From assembly GCF_045037415.1 (NCBI RefSeq), contig NZ_CP173438.1: a stretch of 64,000 nucleotides of DNA. One strand, given 5' to 3'. A program made the position numbers and the translations under genes. A model generated the notes under the pieces. That model searched no databases. It saw nothing but the letters and a program-made list of their open reading frames with translations, and was not told where the DNA came from. This stretch comes from Escherichia coli (GTDB taxonomy: Bacteria; Pseudomonadota; Gammaproteobacteria; Enterobacterales; Enterobacteriaceae). This document shows, piece by piece, positions 21,727 through 34,094 of this stretch. Positions within the stretch are counted from its first letter, which is position 1, and each line of letters begins with the position of its first letter.

Positions 21727-23397
21727 ATGGATAATGCAGAACTTGCTATTGGTATCGATCTCGGTACTACCAATAGTTTAATTGCCGTCTGGAAAGACGG
21801 TGCCGCGCAATTAATTCCAAATAAGTTCGGTGAATATTTAACACCATCCATAATTAGCATGGATGAAAATAATCATATTTTAGTCGGAAAACCGGCTGTA
21901 TCACGGCGGACTTCGCATCCGGATAAAACGGCAGCGTTATTTAAACGTGCAATGGGCAGTAATACCAACTGGCGGTTAGGCAGCGACACATTTAACGCGC
22001 CAGAACTGTCCTCTTTGGTATTACGCTCATTAAAAGAAGATGCCGAAGAATTTCTGCAACGTCCGATTAAAGATGTGGTGATCTCCGTTCCTGCTTATTT
22101 CAGCGATGAACAACGCAAGCATACCCGTTTAGCAGCAGAGTTAGCCGGGCTAAATGCAGTGCGCCTGATTAATGAGCCAACGGCAGCCGCGATGGCGTAT
22201 GGCCTGCATACGCAGCAAAATACCCGCTCGCTGGTTTTTGATCTCGGTGGCGGCACGTTCGACGTTACGGTGCTCGAGTACGCCACGCCGGTGATTGAAG
22301 TTAACGCCTCCGCTGGCGATAACTTCCTCGGTGGCGAAGATTTTACCCATATGCTGGTCGATGAGGTTTTAAAACGCGCGGAAGTTGCCAAAACCACGCT
22401 TAACGATAGCGAACTGGCAGCCTTGTACGCCTGCGTGGAAGCGGCAAAATGTAGCAATCAATCGCCAATGCACATTCGCTGGCAGTACCAGGATGAAATG
22501 CGGAAATGCGAATTTTACGAGAACGAACTGGAAGATTTGTGGTTGCCGCTGCTCAATCGCTTGCGAGTGCCGATTGAACAGGCGTTGCGCGATGCACGTC
22601 TGAAGCCGAGTCAAATCGACAGTCTGGTGCTGGTTGGCGGCGCGTCACAAATGCCGCTGGTGCAGCGAATCGCAGTGCGTCTGTTTGGCAAATTACCGTA
22701 TCAAAGTTACGATCCGAGCACCATTGTCGCGCTGGGCGCAGCAATCCAGGCCGCCTGCCGCTTACGCAATGAAGATATTGAAGAAGTGATCCTCACTGAT
22801 ATTTGCCCTTACTCGTTGGGTGTTGAAGTTAACCGTCAGGGCGTATCCGGCATTTTCTCGCCGATTATTGAACGAAACACCACAGTACCGGTGTCGCGTG
22901 TAGAAACTTATTCAACCATGCACCCGGAACAGGATTCAATTACGGTTAACGTCTATCAGGGAGAAAACCACAAAGTTAAAAATAACATTCTTGTGGAATC
23001 CTTCGATGTGCCGTTGAAGAAAACCGGGACTTATCAGTCGATTGATATTCGCTTTAGTTATGATATCAACGGCTTGCTTGAAGTTGACGTGCTTCTGGAA
23101 GACGGCAGCGTTAAGTCCAGAGTGATTAATCACAGTCCGGTAACATTGAGCGCGCAGCAGATTGAAGAGAGTCGGACGCGGTTATCCGCATTGAAAATTT
23201 ATCCGCGCGATATGCTCATCAATCGCACCTTTAAAGCCAAACTGGAAGAGTTGTGGGCGCGGGCGCTGGGTGACGAGCGAGAAGAGATTGGTCGGGTGAT
23301 CACCGATTTTGATGCGGCGTTGCAGTCAAACGATATGGCCCGCGTGGATGAAGTTCGGCGGCGGGCGAGCGATTATTTAGCCATTGAGATCCCATAA
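21727..23397 (+). CDS. hscC: Hsp70-family chaperone HscC
   Basis: 556-aa ORF, Hsp70 ATPase motifs (IGIDLGTTNS, DLGGGTFD). Confidence 0.95.
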   Translation: MDNAELAIGIDLGTTNSLIAVWKDGAAQLIPNKFGEYLTPSIISMDENNHILVGKPAVSRRTSHPDKTAALFKRAMGSNTNWRLGSDTFNAPELSSLVLRSLKEDAEEFLQRPIKDVVISVPAYFSDEQRKHTRLAAELAGLNAVRLINEPTAAAMAYGLHTQQNTRSLVFDLGGGTFDVTVLEYATPVIEVNASAGDNFLGGEDFTHMLVDEVLKRAEVAKTTLNDSELAALYACVEAAKCSNQSPMHIRWQYQDEMRKCEFYENELEDLWLPLLNRLRVPIEQALRDARLKPSQIDSLVLVGGASQMPLVQRIAVRLFGKLPYQSYDPSTIVALGAAIQAACRLRNEDIEEVILTDICPYSLGVEVNRQGVSGIFSPIIERNTTVPVSRVETYSTMHPEQDSITVNVYQGENHKVKNNILVESFDVPLKKTGTYQSIDIRFSYDINGLLEVDVLLEDGSVKSRVINHSPVTLSAQQIEESRTRLSALKIYPRDMLINRTFKAKLEELWARALGDEREEIGRVITDFDAALQSNDMARVDEVRRRASDYLAIEIP

Positions 23398-23402
23398 ACA
23401 CG

Positions 23403-23440
23403 GCTACCGGATGCGGCGTAAACGCTGCATCCGGCATCGG
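23403..23440. repeat. REP-like palindrome
   Basis: ccggatgcggcgtaaacgctgcatccgg. Confidence 0.45.
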
Positions 23441-23456
23441 CGCAAAAAACACATCG

Positions 23457-24907
23457 TCAACTAAACAACATCGCGATTTTGCCGAGAGCATAACCTATCA
23501 CCAGCACCGTTAAACTGATTTTGATAATGCTGGTAATGCTCTGTGGTTTTTCATCCTCATCATTTATTTCTTCATGGTTTTCAGGTGTTGGCTCATCGAC
23601 ATCTTCATCCTCCGGCTCGAGCTTCACTTTCGTCAACAGCATTCGGGTGATAATGGTTCTAATGGATGTGCCTCTCCGCGTTCCAGCCGCGCGTCCAGAC
23701 GGGCCAGCATCTCTTGTTTCGGAAACGCTTCAAGTACTACCTGTTCCGCTACCCGATACAAATCCAGTAACGGTGAATCTTGCTCTGTCTCGCTACCGAC
23801 TCTCGATTTCCACCACGCCCATGCTTTGCGTTTGAAGAATAACGACTCAATAAACGATTGACCTAACGGCGATAATTTTCCGCTATGTAAAATCTCCGCC
23901 CATAACAGCCGCGTCCGGGCGCTCTCACCAGGAACATATTTCAACGGCTTACCTTGCGCATCTACCATGCTCCGCGCTTCGATAACCATCACTAATAACG
24001 CGAAATAATCCGGGCAATGACGCTTGCTCCACTGCAACAACAAATTATCGGCTTGTGTAGATGGGTAACTTTCCCGGTACGCGCAGAGATCGGCAAGCAG
24101 GCTTTCCCCCTCGCCGCAGTACAACCGTTGTGCGCACTGGTAATAACGGGCATCTTCGCTTTCTGGTTCTTCCGCTTGCCACTGTTGAGCGACAGGAATG
24201 AGTTCCGCCATACCTGTTTGCACCGAGCTGTACCAGCGCAACAGTTTGCGATGCAACTTCGCATCATCAGGAATGAACCACGGACCTTCCATCGCCAAAA
24301 ACGCAGTGACATAGTCAGGATGGTAACGGCAGCAACGTTCCAGCGAGAAGTAATACTCAACCGTCTGGTTCTGCAACGCAACGGGATATTCCAGAAGGCT
24401 AAGGAAATCGAAACAATCACCAGCCTGAATGGCCTCAAGAAAAGCCTCCCTTTCTTCCTCATCTATTCCTTCGCAGTCATTAAACGAATGCCAGTTCAAA
24501 CGCTCTGCCAGCAAAGAAGCACAATTTAATGAAAGATATCGCGCTTCTATAGCGATTGCACACAGCGGCCAGCGTAATTGATCGACATCCTCCATGTTCC
24601 AGGTATTTAATTGCTGAATAAATTTCTGCCAGGCGGAGGGCTGAAAACGATCATTTTCTGAATCCAGTAATGCCCTGAATACACGTAGTATTTCATGCTC
24701 AGTGGCAGCATCTTTTTCTTCATCATCTGCTTCCTCGACAGGATTTACCGCCAGTCGCAGCGCCTCTTCATAGGCCTGGCGTAATGCTTTAAACCCTTGT
24801 GGATCGGTTTCGGGATGACATAACGGTAAGCGAGCAAGATAAGCCTGGCGGATAATGTCTATTTGCGTCGTGCTTTCAATTTCGAGGATTTGCCAACATG
24901 TTTTCAT
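23457..24907 (-). pseudogene. djlC: J-domain co-chaperone DjlC (YbeV) with an apparent -1 frameshift near 23633-23642
   Basis: ORF 23633-24907 (424 aa, J-domain-like N-terminus) and ORF 23457-23642 (61 aa, acidic linker plus C-terminal TM anchor) overlap by 10 nt in different frames; combined span 1451 nt is not a multiple of 3 (expected 1452 for the 483-aa protein). Confidence 0.65.
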
Positions 24908-25611
24908 AGGTCGCTCACATCCTTAAGCGTTACCGGGCATTCAGGCTGGACAGTTAATGGCTGCCAGGGAAGCGTGGCATAGAAACGGTCGCTTCCCGCT
25001 GCCAGCTCTTCGAACATCCGACTCCCGGCGCTATCGTATTTGTACAGGGTTAGCGCCTCGCGTAGCGAAGCGTTGTCTTCGCACTGAGAAGATTGCCAGT
25101 AGAGACGCCCTAACGAATAGGCAGAAAAATAGTGCATCCAGCTGTGATAGTAATGGTGTGCTCGTATATAGACGCGCGATTGCAGCCATAAACTCTCGTC
25201 TTCCGTCAACCACTTGTTGAGCACACCAACCCGTGATAAAAAACCCATCCGCACATAATCCCAGGCTTTGATTCCCCCTTCCCCACAACACATAGCGGTT
25301 TGGGCAACGAATTGGGTATAAATCAACCCTCTCTCCGAGCCGCCAGCAATTAATGCTTTCCACTCTTCAGGGGAAGAGCGATGCCATGTCAGATATAAGC
25401 CAGCTAAATCATTGGCATGACCATCATCGGTCATCTGATAAATAGTCTGAATTAAATCATCACGATTATTTATTCCCCAGGATGATGAGAGATCGAATTC
25501 TTTTATCCCGGTATACATTTTTGGCGAGTCATGCGCGGGCTTGCAACCCTGATTAAGTATTTCCATGGGCGTAGAAAGCGCAAAAAGAAGATATTGTTCT
25601 TCCTTATTCAT
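24904..25611 (-). CDS. ybeU: DUF1266-family protein YbeU
   Basis: 235-aa ORF; stop overlaps djlC start. Confidence 0.85.
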   Translation of the reverse strand: MNKEEQYLLFALSTPMEILNQGCKPAHDSPKMYTGIKEFDLSSSWGINNRDDLIQTIYQMTDDGHANDLAGLYLTWHRSSPEEWKALIAGGSERGLIYTQFVAQTAMCCGEGGIKAWDYVRMGFLSRVGVLNKWLTEDESLWLQSRVYIRAHHYYHSWMHYFSAYSLGRLYWQSSQCEDNASLREALTLYKYDSAGSRMFEELAAGSDRFYATLPWQPLTVQPECPVTLKDVSDL

Positions 25612-25712
25612 TTGTTAATAATCCCTTAAGTGCATTAACTGACTACTTTTTTATTATTGATGAGTATAAACTTGACGCTTTCAAAATAAAAAGAAAATCG
25701 AAGCATTCACAC

Positions 25713-26267
25713 ATGAATAAAAAATTAATGTATATATTCGCAATATTTATAGTTGCAGCAATAACCTGTATTAGCCAACCCAAGAAAACGACGTTGCGTG
25801 ATAAAGCCATGGCGAATTATGCCTTTGATTATTTAAGCTCACCGGGCAGTCTTCCATTCACCACGGCAGCCACGGAGCTTTCCGCGATTCATGGTCACTC
25901 AACGTCGCAATATCGCCTTGGAGAATTTTATCTTCATGGTAGCGACGGTAAACCACTGGATTATACACAGGCGAGATACTGGTATGAGCAATCAGCAGAA
26001 CAGGAAAATCCACGCGCGCAAAGTAAACTGGGGTGGATCTACCTCAAAGGTCTGGGGGTCAAACCCGACACCCGTAAAGCAATTCTCTGGTATAAGGAAG
26101 CAGCTGAACAAGGGTATGCTCATGCTCAATATACTTTGGGTTTGATCTACAGAAATGGCTCAGGTATTAATGTTAACCATTATGAATCTCAAAAATGGTT
26201 AAAACTGGCCGCCAAACAACATTACAAAAATGCGGAAAGATTACTTGCCGGGCTTTCCGCACATTAA
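25713..26267 (+). CDS. ybeT: Sel1-repeat protein YbeT
   Basis: 184-aa ORF with N-terminal hydrophobic segment and Sel1/TPR-like repeats ([21 protein letters not shown]...). Confidence 0.85.
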   Translation: MNKKLMYIFAIFIVAAITCISQPKKTTLRDKAMANYAFDYLSSPGSLPFTTAATELSAIHGHSTSQYRLGEFYLHGSDGKPLDYTQARYWYEQSAEQENPRAQSKLGWIYLKGLGVKPDTRKAILWYKEAAEQGYAHAQYTLGLIYRNGSGINVNHYESQKWLKLAAKQHYKNAERLLAGLSAH

Positions 26268-26343
26268 CGTCGACTGTCACCCGAACAGATGGAGTATTTT
26301 CCCTATCAAACCAGCAAAGATAAAAATATAGAAAATAATTTTA

Positions 26344-26742
26344 ATGATGCCCAGACAGCCTGGCCCACCATCGTCAACGGGCATTGGCTGCGGTTGCGGC
26401 TCCGATAACGCTGGCGAAGGGGTGGACCAGGACTATAAGCAAGCGATGTACTGGTATCTGAAGGCTGCTGCTCAGGAAAGCGTCGGCGCTTACGTCAACA
26501 TCGGTTATATGTATAAACACGGACAAGGCGTTGAGAAAGATTATCAGGCCGCCTTTGAATAGTTTACGATAGCCGCTGAATGCAATGACGCCACAGCCTG
26601 GTATAACCTGGCCATTATGTATCACTACGGAGAAGGAAGACCTGTCGATCTCCGACAGGCTCTCGACTTGTATCGTAAAGTTCAGTCATCCGGAACCAGA
26701 GATGTCAGTCAAGAAATTCGTGAGATTGAAGATTTACTGTAG
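26344..26742 (+). pseudogene. ybeQ: 3' remnant of a Sel1-repeat gene (ybeQ-like) with in-frame amber stop at 26560
   Basis: Sel1-type repeats read in one frame (...AMYWYLKAAAQESVGAYVNIGYMYKHGQGVEKDYQAAFE*FTIAAECNDATAWYNLAIMYHYGEGRPVDL...); no credible N-terminus. Confidence 0.6.
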
Positions 26743-26811
26743 AGATAAAAACAAGGGCCGGGGAATTTCATTCGGCCCATATTCTCTTTATTGCTGTGCG
26801 AAATCAGACTA

Positions 26812-27294
26812 TTACGGCTCAAACGGGCGTCTCTGGAACTGGTCATGACCACATTTAGGGCATAGCGTCAGCACTTCCGGTGTGTAGATCGGGAGATGGA
26901 AGTGACATTTCTCGCAGACCAGATTTCCCAGCCCTACCACTTCTCCGCTGTGATAAACCCCATGATGATTGAGGTCCTGGAAAACTTCGCGCCATTCAAG
27001 CTGCGTTTTATCGGTGATGTCTGCCAGCTCCTGCCACAAGCTTTCTTTAATCACCCGCATAAAGACGCTGTCAGACTCTTCTTTCAGGCTCTCTTCATAG
27101 CTCATGGCGAACTCTTCCAGGTCACGTCTGACAGCTCGCGTCAGCTCATCGACCTCGGTTCGCGTTAACTCCCCTGTTTTTATTACGCGCTCGCGCGCCT
27201 GTTCCACCAGTGCGTCGATATCACGTTCGCCATTGCGCAGGCGTTCGCTCAGTGACGCGACCAGTTCACGGTAATATTGAGCAACCTTGTTCAT
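26812..27294 (-). CDS. ybeL: DUF1451 zinc-ribbon protein YbeL
   Basis: 160-aa ORF with C-terminal CxxC...CxxC. Confidence 0.9.
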   Translation of the reverse strand: MNKVAQYYRELVASLSERLRNGERDIDALVEQARERVIKTGELTRTEVDELTRAVRRDLEEFAMSYEESLKEESDSVFMRVIKESLWQELADITDKTQLEWREVFQDLNHHGVYHSGEVVGLGNLVCEKCHFHLPIYTPEVLTLCPKCGHDQFQRRPFEP

Positions 27295-27528
27295 CGTTTC
27301 ATCTCCCGGGTCGTTAACTGACTATAATAATAGACGTTCTTTGTTCCTTGCTTTGCTAATACGCCCACAAACTCTGTAAATTAATGTATGAATAATCCGG
27401 GCATCATTTCAACGTCGAGTGCGCGAAAGGCTGTTTTGACGCGGGCGTTTGGGCTATGCTATGCGGATCTGAAAAACCACATCAACGCTACATTTGTAGC
27501 CGTATTGAAAACAGGACCACTGGCTGCC

Positions 27529-30111
27529 ATGCAAGAGCAATACCGCCCGGAAGAGATAGAATCCAAAGTACAGCTTCACTGGGATGAGAAGCGCACATTT
27601 GAAGTAACCGAAGACGAGAGCAAAGAGAAGTATTACTGCCTGTCTATGCTTCCCTATCCTTCTGGTCGACTACACATGGGCCACGTTCGCAACTACACCA
27701 TCGGTGACGTGATCGCCCGCTACCAGCGCATGCTGGGCAAAAACGTTCTGCAGCCAATCGGCTGGGACGCATTTGGTCTGCCTGCGGAAGGCGCGGCGGT
27801 GAAAAACAACACCGCGCCAGCACCGTGGACGTACGACAACATCGCGTATATGAAAAACCAGCTCAAAATGCTGGGCTTTGGTTATGACTGGAGCCGCGAG
27901 CTGGCGACCTGTACGCCGGAATACTACCGTTGGGAACAGAAATTCTTCACCGAGCTGTATAAAAAAGGCCTGGTATATAAGAAGACTTCTGCGGTCAACT
28001 GGTGCCCGAACGACCAGACCGTACTGGCGAACGAACAAGTTATCGACGGCTGCTGCTGGCGCTGCGATACCAAAGTTGAGCGTAAAGAGATCCCGCAGTG
28101 GTTTATCAAAATCACAGCTTACGCTGACGAGCTGCTCAACGATCTGGATAAACTGGATCACTGGCCAGACACCGTTAAAACAATGCAGCGTAACTGGATC
28201 GGTCGTTCCGAAGGCGTGGAAATCACCTTCAACGTTAACGACTATGACAACACGCTGACCGTTTACACTACCCGCCCGGACACCTTTATGGGTTGTACCT
28301 ACCTGGCGGTGGCTGCGGGTCATCCGCTGGCACAGAAAGCGGCGGAAAATAATCCTGAACTGGCCGCCTTTATTGACGAATGCCGTAACACCAAAGTTGC
28401 CGAAGCTGAAATGGCGACGATGGAGAAAAAAGGCGTCGATACTGGCTTTAAAGCGGTTCACCCATTAACGGGCGAAGAAATTCCCGTTTGGGCAGCAAAC
28501 TTCGTATTGATGGAATACGGCACGGGCGCAGTTATGGCGGTTCCGGGTCACGACCAGCGCGACTACGAGTTTGCCTCTAAATACGGCCTGAACATCAAAC
28601 CGGTTATCCTGGCAGCTGACGGCTCTGAGCCAGATCTTTCTCAGCAAGCCCTGACTGAAAAAGGCGTGCTGTTCAACTCTGGCGAGTTTAATGGTCTTGA
28701 CCATGAAGCGGCCTTCAACGCCATCGCCGATAAACTGACTGCGATGGGCGTTGGCGAGCGTAAAGTGAACTACCGCCTGCGCGACTGGGGTGTTTCTCGT
28801 CAGCGTTACTGGGGCGCGCCGATTCCGATGGTGACGCTGGAAGACGGTACCGTAATGCCGACCCCGGACGACCAGCTGCCGGTGATCCTGCCGGAAGATG
28901 TGGTGATGGACGGCATTACCAGCCCGATTAAAGCAGATCCGGAGTGGGCAAAAACTACCGTTAACGGTATGCCAGCACTGCGTGAAACCGACACTTTCGA
29001 CACCTTTATGGAGTCCTCCTGGTACTATGCGCGCTACACTTGCCCGGAGTACAAAGAAGGTATGCTGGATTCCAAAGCGGCTAACTATTGGCTGCCGGTG
29101 GATATTTACATTGGTGGTATCGAACACGCCATTATGCACCTGCTCTACTTCCGCTTCTTCCACAAACTGATGCGTGATGCAGGCATGGTGAACTCTGACG
29201 AACCAGCGAAACAGTTGCTGTGTCAGGGTATGGTGCTGGCAGATGCCTTCTACTATGTTGGTGAAAACGGCGAACGTAACTGGGTTTCCCCGGTTGATGC
29301 TATCGTTGAACGTGACGAGAAAGGCCGTATCGTGAAAGCGAAAGATGCGGCAGGCCATGAACTGGTTTATACCGGCATGAGCAAAATGTCCAAGTCGAAG
29401 AACAACGGTATCGACCCGCAGGTGATGGTTGAACGTTACGGCGCGGACACCGTTCGTCTGTTTATGATGTTTGCTTCTCCGGCTGATATGACTCTCGAAT
29501 GGCAGGAATCCGGCGTGGAAGGGGCTAACCGCTTCCTGAAACGTGTCTGGAAACTGGTGTACGAGCACACAGCAAAAGGTGATGTTGCGGCACTGAACGT
29601 CGATGCGCTGACTGAAGATCAGAAAGCGCTGCGTCGCGATGTGCATAAAACTATCGCTAAAGTAACCGATGATATCGGCCGTCGTCAGACCTTCAACACC
29701 GCAATTGCGGCGATTATGGAGCTGATGAACAAACTGGCGAAAGCACCGACCGATGGCGAGCAGGATCGCGCCCTGATGCAGGAAGCGCTGCTGGCGGTAG
29801 TCCGTATGCTTAACCCGTTCACCCCGCACATCTGCTTCACGCTGTGGCAGGAACTGAAAGGCGAAGGCGATATCGACAACGCGCCGTGGCCGGTTGCTGA
29901 CGAAAAAGCGATGGTGGAAGACTCCACGCTGGTCGTGGTGCAGGTTAACGGTAAAGTCCGTGCAAAAATCACCGTTCCGGTGGACGCAACGGAAGAACAG
30001 GTTCGCGAACGTGCTGGCCAGGAACATCTGGTAGCAAAATATCTTGATGGCGTTACTGTACGTAAAGTGATTTACGTACCAGGTAAACTCCTCAATCTGG
30101 TCGTTGGCTAA
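27529..30111 (+). CDS. leuS: leucyl-tRNA synthetase
   Basis: ORF track 27388-30111; true start [15 protein letters not shown] and KMSKS class I motifs; 860 aa. Confidence 0.97.
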   Translation: MQEQYRPEEIESKVQLHWDEKRTFEVTEDESKEKYYCLSMLPYPSGRLHMGHVRNYTIGDVIARYQRMLGKNVLQPIGWDAFGLPAEGAAVKNNTAPAPWTYDNIAYMKNQLKMLGFGYDWSRELATCTPEYYRWEQKFFTELYKKGLVYKKTSAVNWCPNDQTVLANEQVIDGCCWRCDTKVERKEIPQWFIKITAYADELLNDLDKLDHWPDTVKTMQRNWIGRSEGVEITFNVNDYDNTLTVYTTRPDTFMGCTYLAVAAGHPLAQKAAENNPELAAFIDECRNTKVAEAEMATMEKKGVDTGFKAVHPLTGEEIPVWAANFVLMEYGTGAVMAVPGHDQRDYEFASKYGLNIKPVILAADGSEPDLSQQALTEKGVLFNSGEFNGLDHEAAFNAIADKLTAMGVGERKVNYRLRDWGVSRQRYWGAPIPMVTLEDGTVMPTPDDQLPVILPEDVVMDGITSPIKADPEWAKTTVNGMPALRETDTFDTFMESSWYYARYTCPEYKEGMLDSKAANYWLPVDIYIGGIEHAIMHLLYFRFFHKLMRDAGMVNSDEPAKQLLCQGMVLADAFYYVGENGERNWVSPVDAIVERDEKGRIVKAKDAAGHELVYTGMSKMSKSKNNGIDPQVMVERYGADTVRLFMMFASPADMTLEWQESGVEGANRFLKRVWKLVYEHTAKGDVAALNVDALTEDQKALRRDVHKTIAKVTDDIGRRQTFNTAIAAIMELMNKLAKAPTDGEQDRALMQEALLAVVRMLNPFTPHICFTLWQELKGEGDIDNAPWPVADEKAMVEDSTLVVVQVNGKVRAKITVPVDATEEQVRERAGQEHLVAKYLDGVTVRKVIYVPGKLLNLVVG

Positions 30112-30125
30112 GCGCGGGAGGAAGC

Positions 30126-30707
30126 GTGCGATATCTGGCAACATTGTTGTTATCTCTGGCGGTGTTAATCACCGCCGGGTGTGGCTGGCATCTGCGTGAC
30201 ACCACGCAGGTTCCTTCCACTATGAAAGTCATGATCCTGGACTCAGGCGATCCGAACGGGCCATTAAGCCGTGCGGTGCGTAACCAGTTACGTCTGAATG
30301 GTGTCGAGTTGCTTGATAAAGAAACCACGCGTAAGGACGTTCCATCCCTGCGTTTGGGTAAAGTGAGCATCGCGAAAGATACCGCATCGGTATTCCGTAA
30401 CGGTCAAACAGCAGAGTATCAGATGATCATGACGGTGAATGCGACCGTGTTGATCCCCGGCCGTGACATCTACCCGATTAGCGCCAAGGTCTTCCGTTCG
30501 TTCTTCGATAACCCGCAAATGGCGTTAGCGAAAGATAACGAACAAGACATGATCGTAAAAGAGATGTACGACCGTGCTGCCGAACAGCTGATTCGTAAGC
30601 TGCCAAGCATCCGTGCTGCAGATATTCGTTCCGACGAAGAACAGACGTCGACCACAACGGATACTCCGGCAACGCCTGCACGCGTCTCCACCACGCTGGG
30701 TAACTGA
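30126..30707 (+). CDS. lptE: LPS assembly lipoprotein LptE
   Basis: 193-aa ORF with lipobox LITAGC. Confidence 0.95.
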
Positions 30708-31738
30708 TGATTCGGTTGTACCCGGAACAACTCCGCGCGCAGCTCAATGAAGGGCTGCGCGCGGCGTATCTTTTACTTGGTAACGATCCTCTGTTATTGC
30801 AGGAAAGCCAGGACGCTGTTCGTCAGGTCGCTGCGGCGCAAGGGTTCGAAGAACACCACACTTTTTCCATTGATCCCAACACCGACTGGAATGCGATTTT
30901 TTCGTTATGCCAGGCCATGAGCCTGTTTGCCAGTCGACAAACGCTATTGCTGTTGTTACCCGAAAACGGACCGAATGCGGCGATCAATGAACAACTTCTC
31001 ACACTCACCGGACTTCTGCATGACGATCTACTGTTGATCGTCCGCGGTAATAAATTAAGCAAAGCGCAAGAAAATGCCGCCTGGTTTACTGCTCTTGCGA
31101 ATCGCAGCGTGCAGGTGACCTGTCAGACACCGGAGCAGGCTCAGCTGCCCCGCTGGGTTGCTGCGCGCGCAAAACAGCTCAACTTAGAACTGGATGACGC
31201 TGCAAATCAGGTGCTCTGCTACTGTTATGAAGGTAACCTGCTGGCGCTGGCCCAGGCACTGGAGCGTTTATCGCTACTCTGGCCGGACGGCAAACTGACA
31301 TTACCGCGCGTTGAACAGGCGGTGAATGATGCCGCGCATTTCACCCCTTTTCATTGGGTTGATGCTTTGTTGATGGGAAAAAGTAAGCGCGCGTTGCATA
31401 TTCTTCAGCAACTGCGTCTGGAAGGCAGCGAACCGGTTATTTTGTTGCGCACATTACAACGTGAACTGTTGTTACTGGTTAACCTGAAACGCCAGTCTGC
31501 CCATACGCCACTGCGTGCGTTGTTTGATAAGCATCGGGTATGGCAGAACCGCCGGGGCATGATGAGCGAAGCGTTAAATCGCTTAAGCCAGCCGCAGTTA
31601 CGTCAGGCCGTGCAACTCCTGACACGAACGGAACTCACCCTCAAACAAGATTACGGTCAGTCAGTGTGGGCAGAGCTGGAAGGGTTATCTCTTCTGTTGT
31701 GCCATAAACCCCTGGCGGACGTATTTATCGACGGTTGA
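30707..31738 (+). CDS. holA: DNA polymerase III delta subunit
   Basis: 343-aa ORF; synteny downstream of lptE. Confidence 0.95.
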
Positions 31739-31739
31739 T

Positions 31740-32381
31740 ATGAAATCTTTACAGGCTCTGTTTGGCGGCACCTTTGATCCGGTGCACTATGGTCATCTTA
31801 AACCCGTGGAAACGCTGGCGAATTTGATTGGTCTGACGCGGGTCACAATCATCCCTAATAATGTTCCTCCGCATCGTCCCCAGCCGGAAGCGAACAGCAT
31901 GCAGCGTAAACACATGCTTGAACTGGCGATTGCCGACAAGCCATTATTTACTCTTGATGAACGCGAGCTAAAGCGCAATGCCCCCTCTTACACTGCGCAA
32001 ACACTGAAAGAGTGGCGGCAGGAACAAGGACCGGACGTGCCGCTGGCGTTTATTATTGGTCAGGATTCATTGCTGACCTTTCCGACCTGGTACGAATACG
32101 AAACGATACTCGACAATGCACATTTGATCGTCTGTCGGCGTCCAGGTTACCCACTTGAAATGGCGCAACCGCAATACCAGCAATGGCTGGAAGATCATTT
32201 GACACATAACCCGGAAGATCTTCACCTTCAGCCTGCCGGTAAAATTTATCTGGCTGAAACGCCGTGGTTTAACATCTCGGCGACCATCATCCGCGAACGT
32301 TTGCAAAACGGTGAATCGTGTGAGGATTTATTACCGGAACCGGTACTGACTTACATTAACCAACAAGGCTTGTATCGCTGA
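31740..32381 (+). CDS. nadD: nicotinate-mononucleotide adenylyltransferase
   Basis: 213-aa ORF with [11 protein letters not shown] nucleotidyltransferase motif. Confidence 0.96.
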
Positions 32382-32404
32382 TACCTGTCGTTACGGAGGG
32401 CATG

Positions 32405-33016
32405 ATGCGACTGTGGTTAATTCGTCATGGTGAAACGCAAGCGAATGTCGATGGTCTGTACAGCGGTCATGCGCCCACACCCCTGACCGCGCGCGGTATT
32501 GAGCAAGCGCAAAATCTGCATACGCTGCTACATGATGTTTCCTTTGACCTGGTTTTATGCAGTGAACTGGAACGGGCACAGCATACCGCGCGACTGGTTC
32601 TTAGTGACCGCCAGCACCCCGTTCATATCATCCCTGAACTCAATGAAATGTTTTTTGGCGACTGGGAGATGCGACATCATCGTGACCTCATGCAAGAAGA
32701 TGCCGAAAACTATAGCGCGTGGTGCAATGACTGGCAGCAAGCTATCCCCACGAACGGTGAAGGATTTCAGGCATTTTCGCAACGTGTGGAACGATTTATC
32801 GCAAGGCTTAGTGAATATCAGCACTATCAGAATATTTTAGTCGTCAGCCATCAGGGCGTACTGAGTCTGTTAATTGCTCGTTTAATTGGTATGCCTGCCG
32901 AGTCTATGTGGCATTTCCGCGTTGACCAGGGGTGTTGGAGCGCCATTGATATCAACCAAAAATTCGCGACGCTACGCGTCCTCAATAGCCGTGCCATCGG
33001 GGTCGAGAATGCATGA
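32405..33016 (+). CDS. cobC: alpha-ribazole phosphatase / phosphoglycerate-mutase family
   Basis: ORF 32402-33016; RHGET histidine-phosphatase motif. Confidence 0.92.
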   Translation: MRLWLIRHGETQANVDGLYSGHAPTPLTARGIEQAQNLHTLLHDVSFDLVLCSELERAQHTARLVLSDRQHPVHIIPELNEMFFGDWEMRHHRDLMQEDAENYSAWCNDWQQAIPTNGEGFQAFSQRVERFIARLSEYQHYQNILVVSHQGVLSLLIARLIGMPAESMWHFRVDQGCWSAIDINQKFATLRVLNSRAIGVENA

Positions 33017-33257
33017 CTTTTCTGTTTTTTTACGGGTAAGCCGCAACGACCATTGACAGCCCCGGGCAGGCTGATATTCTCCGCAGCCAGACTTTTTCCG
33101 CCAGACACGACTTTGTAGAAATTGTTTTACAAAAATGGCGATGCAATCTGCGGCGCGGGGTGGGATGATAGCCCACTTTCGAAAGCCGATTCGGCGACAA
33201 TTGTCCCGAAATCGCCTCTGGTTCAGGTATACTGACAGACCATTTTTATCTATTTGA

Positions 33258-33593
<336 letters not shown>

Positions 33594-33596
33594 TGC

Positions 33597-34064
33597 GTGA
33601 AGCTGCAACTTGTCGCCGTGGGAACGAAAATGCCGGACTGGGTACAAACCGGTTTTACCGAGTACCTGCGTCGTTTTCCGAAAGATATGCCCTTCGAGCT
33701 GATTGAAATTCCGGCCGGAAAACGCGGCAAGAATGCGGACATCAAGCGCATACTCGACAAAGAGGGTGAGCAGATGTTGGCGGCCGCAGGCAAAAACCGC
33801 ATTGTCACCCTCGATATTCCAGGCAAGCCCTGGGATACGCCGCAGTTAGCCGCTGAGCTGGAACGCTGGAAGCTGGATGGTCGCGACGTCAGTCTACTGA
33901 TTGGCGGGCCTGAAGGGTTGTCGCCTGCCTGTAAAGCGGCGGCGGAGCAGAGCTGGTCGCTGTCGGCACTTACCCTTCCCCATCCGCTGGTTCGCGTGCT
34001 GGTCGCAGAGAGTCTGTACCGGGCGTGGAGCATCACCACCAACCATCCTTATCACCGTGAGTGA
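33597..34064 (+). CDS. rlmH: 23S rRNA (pseudouridine1915-N3)-methyltransferase RlmH
   Basis: 155-aa SPOUT-family ORF. Confidence 0.94.
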
Positions 34065-34094
34065 TAAGTGAGCTTTGAGTAGAAAACGCAGCGG

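Noticed and set aside
27388-27528. N-terminal extensions suggested by the ORF track (leuS from 27388, gltI from 17304, citC from 49973, ahpF to 60859, dsbG from 61875, rihA from 20675)
   Set aside because: Each extension lacks an RBS and precedes an internal Met that matches the known N-terminus or signal peptide; the shorter starts were used.
28465-30144. 559-aa ORF on the minus strand covering most of leuS
   Set aside because: Antisense shadow ORF inside a recognisable, conserved sense gene; no RBS or domain content. The same applies to other long antisense ORFs in the track (52519-53913 in citF, 51297-52343 in citE, 34809-35780 in mrdA, 41617-42465 in lipA, 9632-10417 in miaB, 19985-20587 in gltL).
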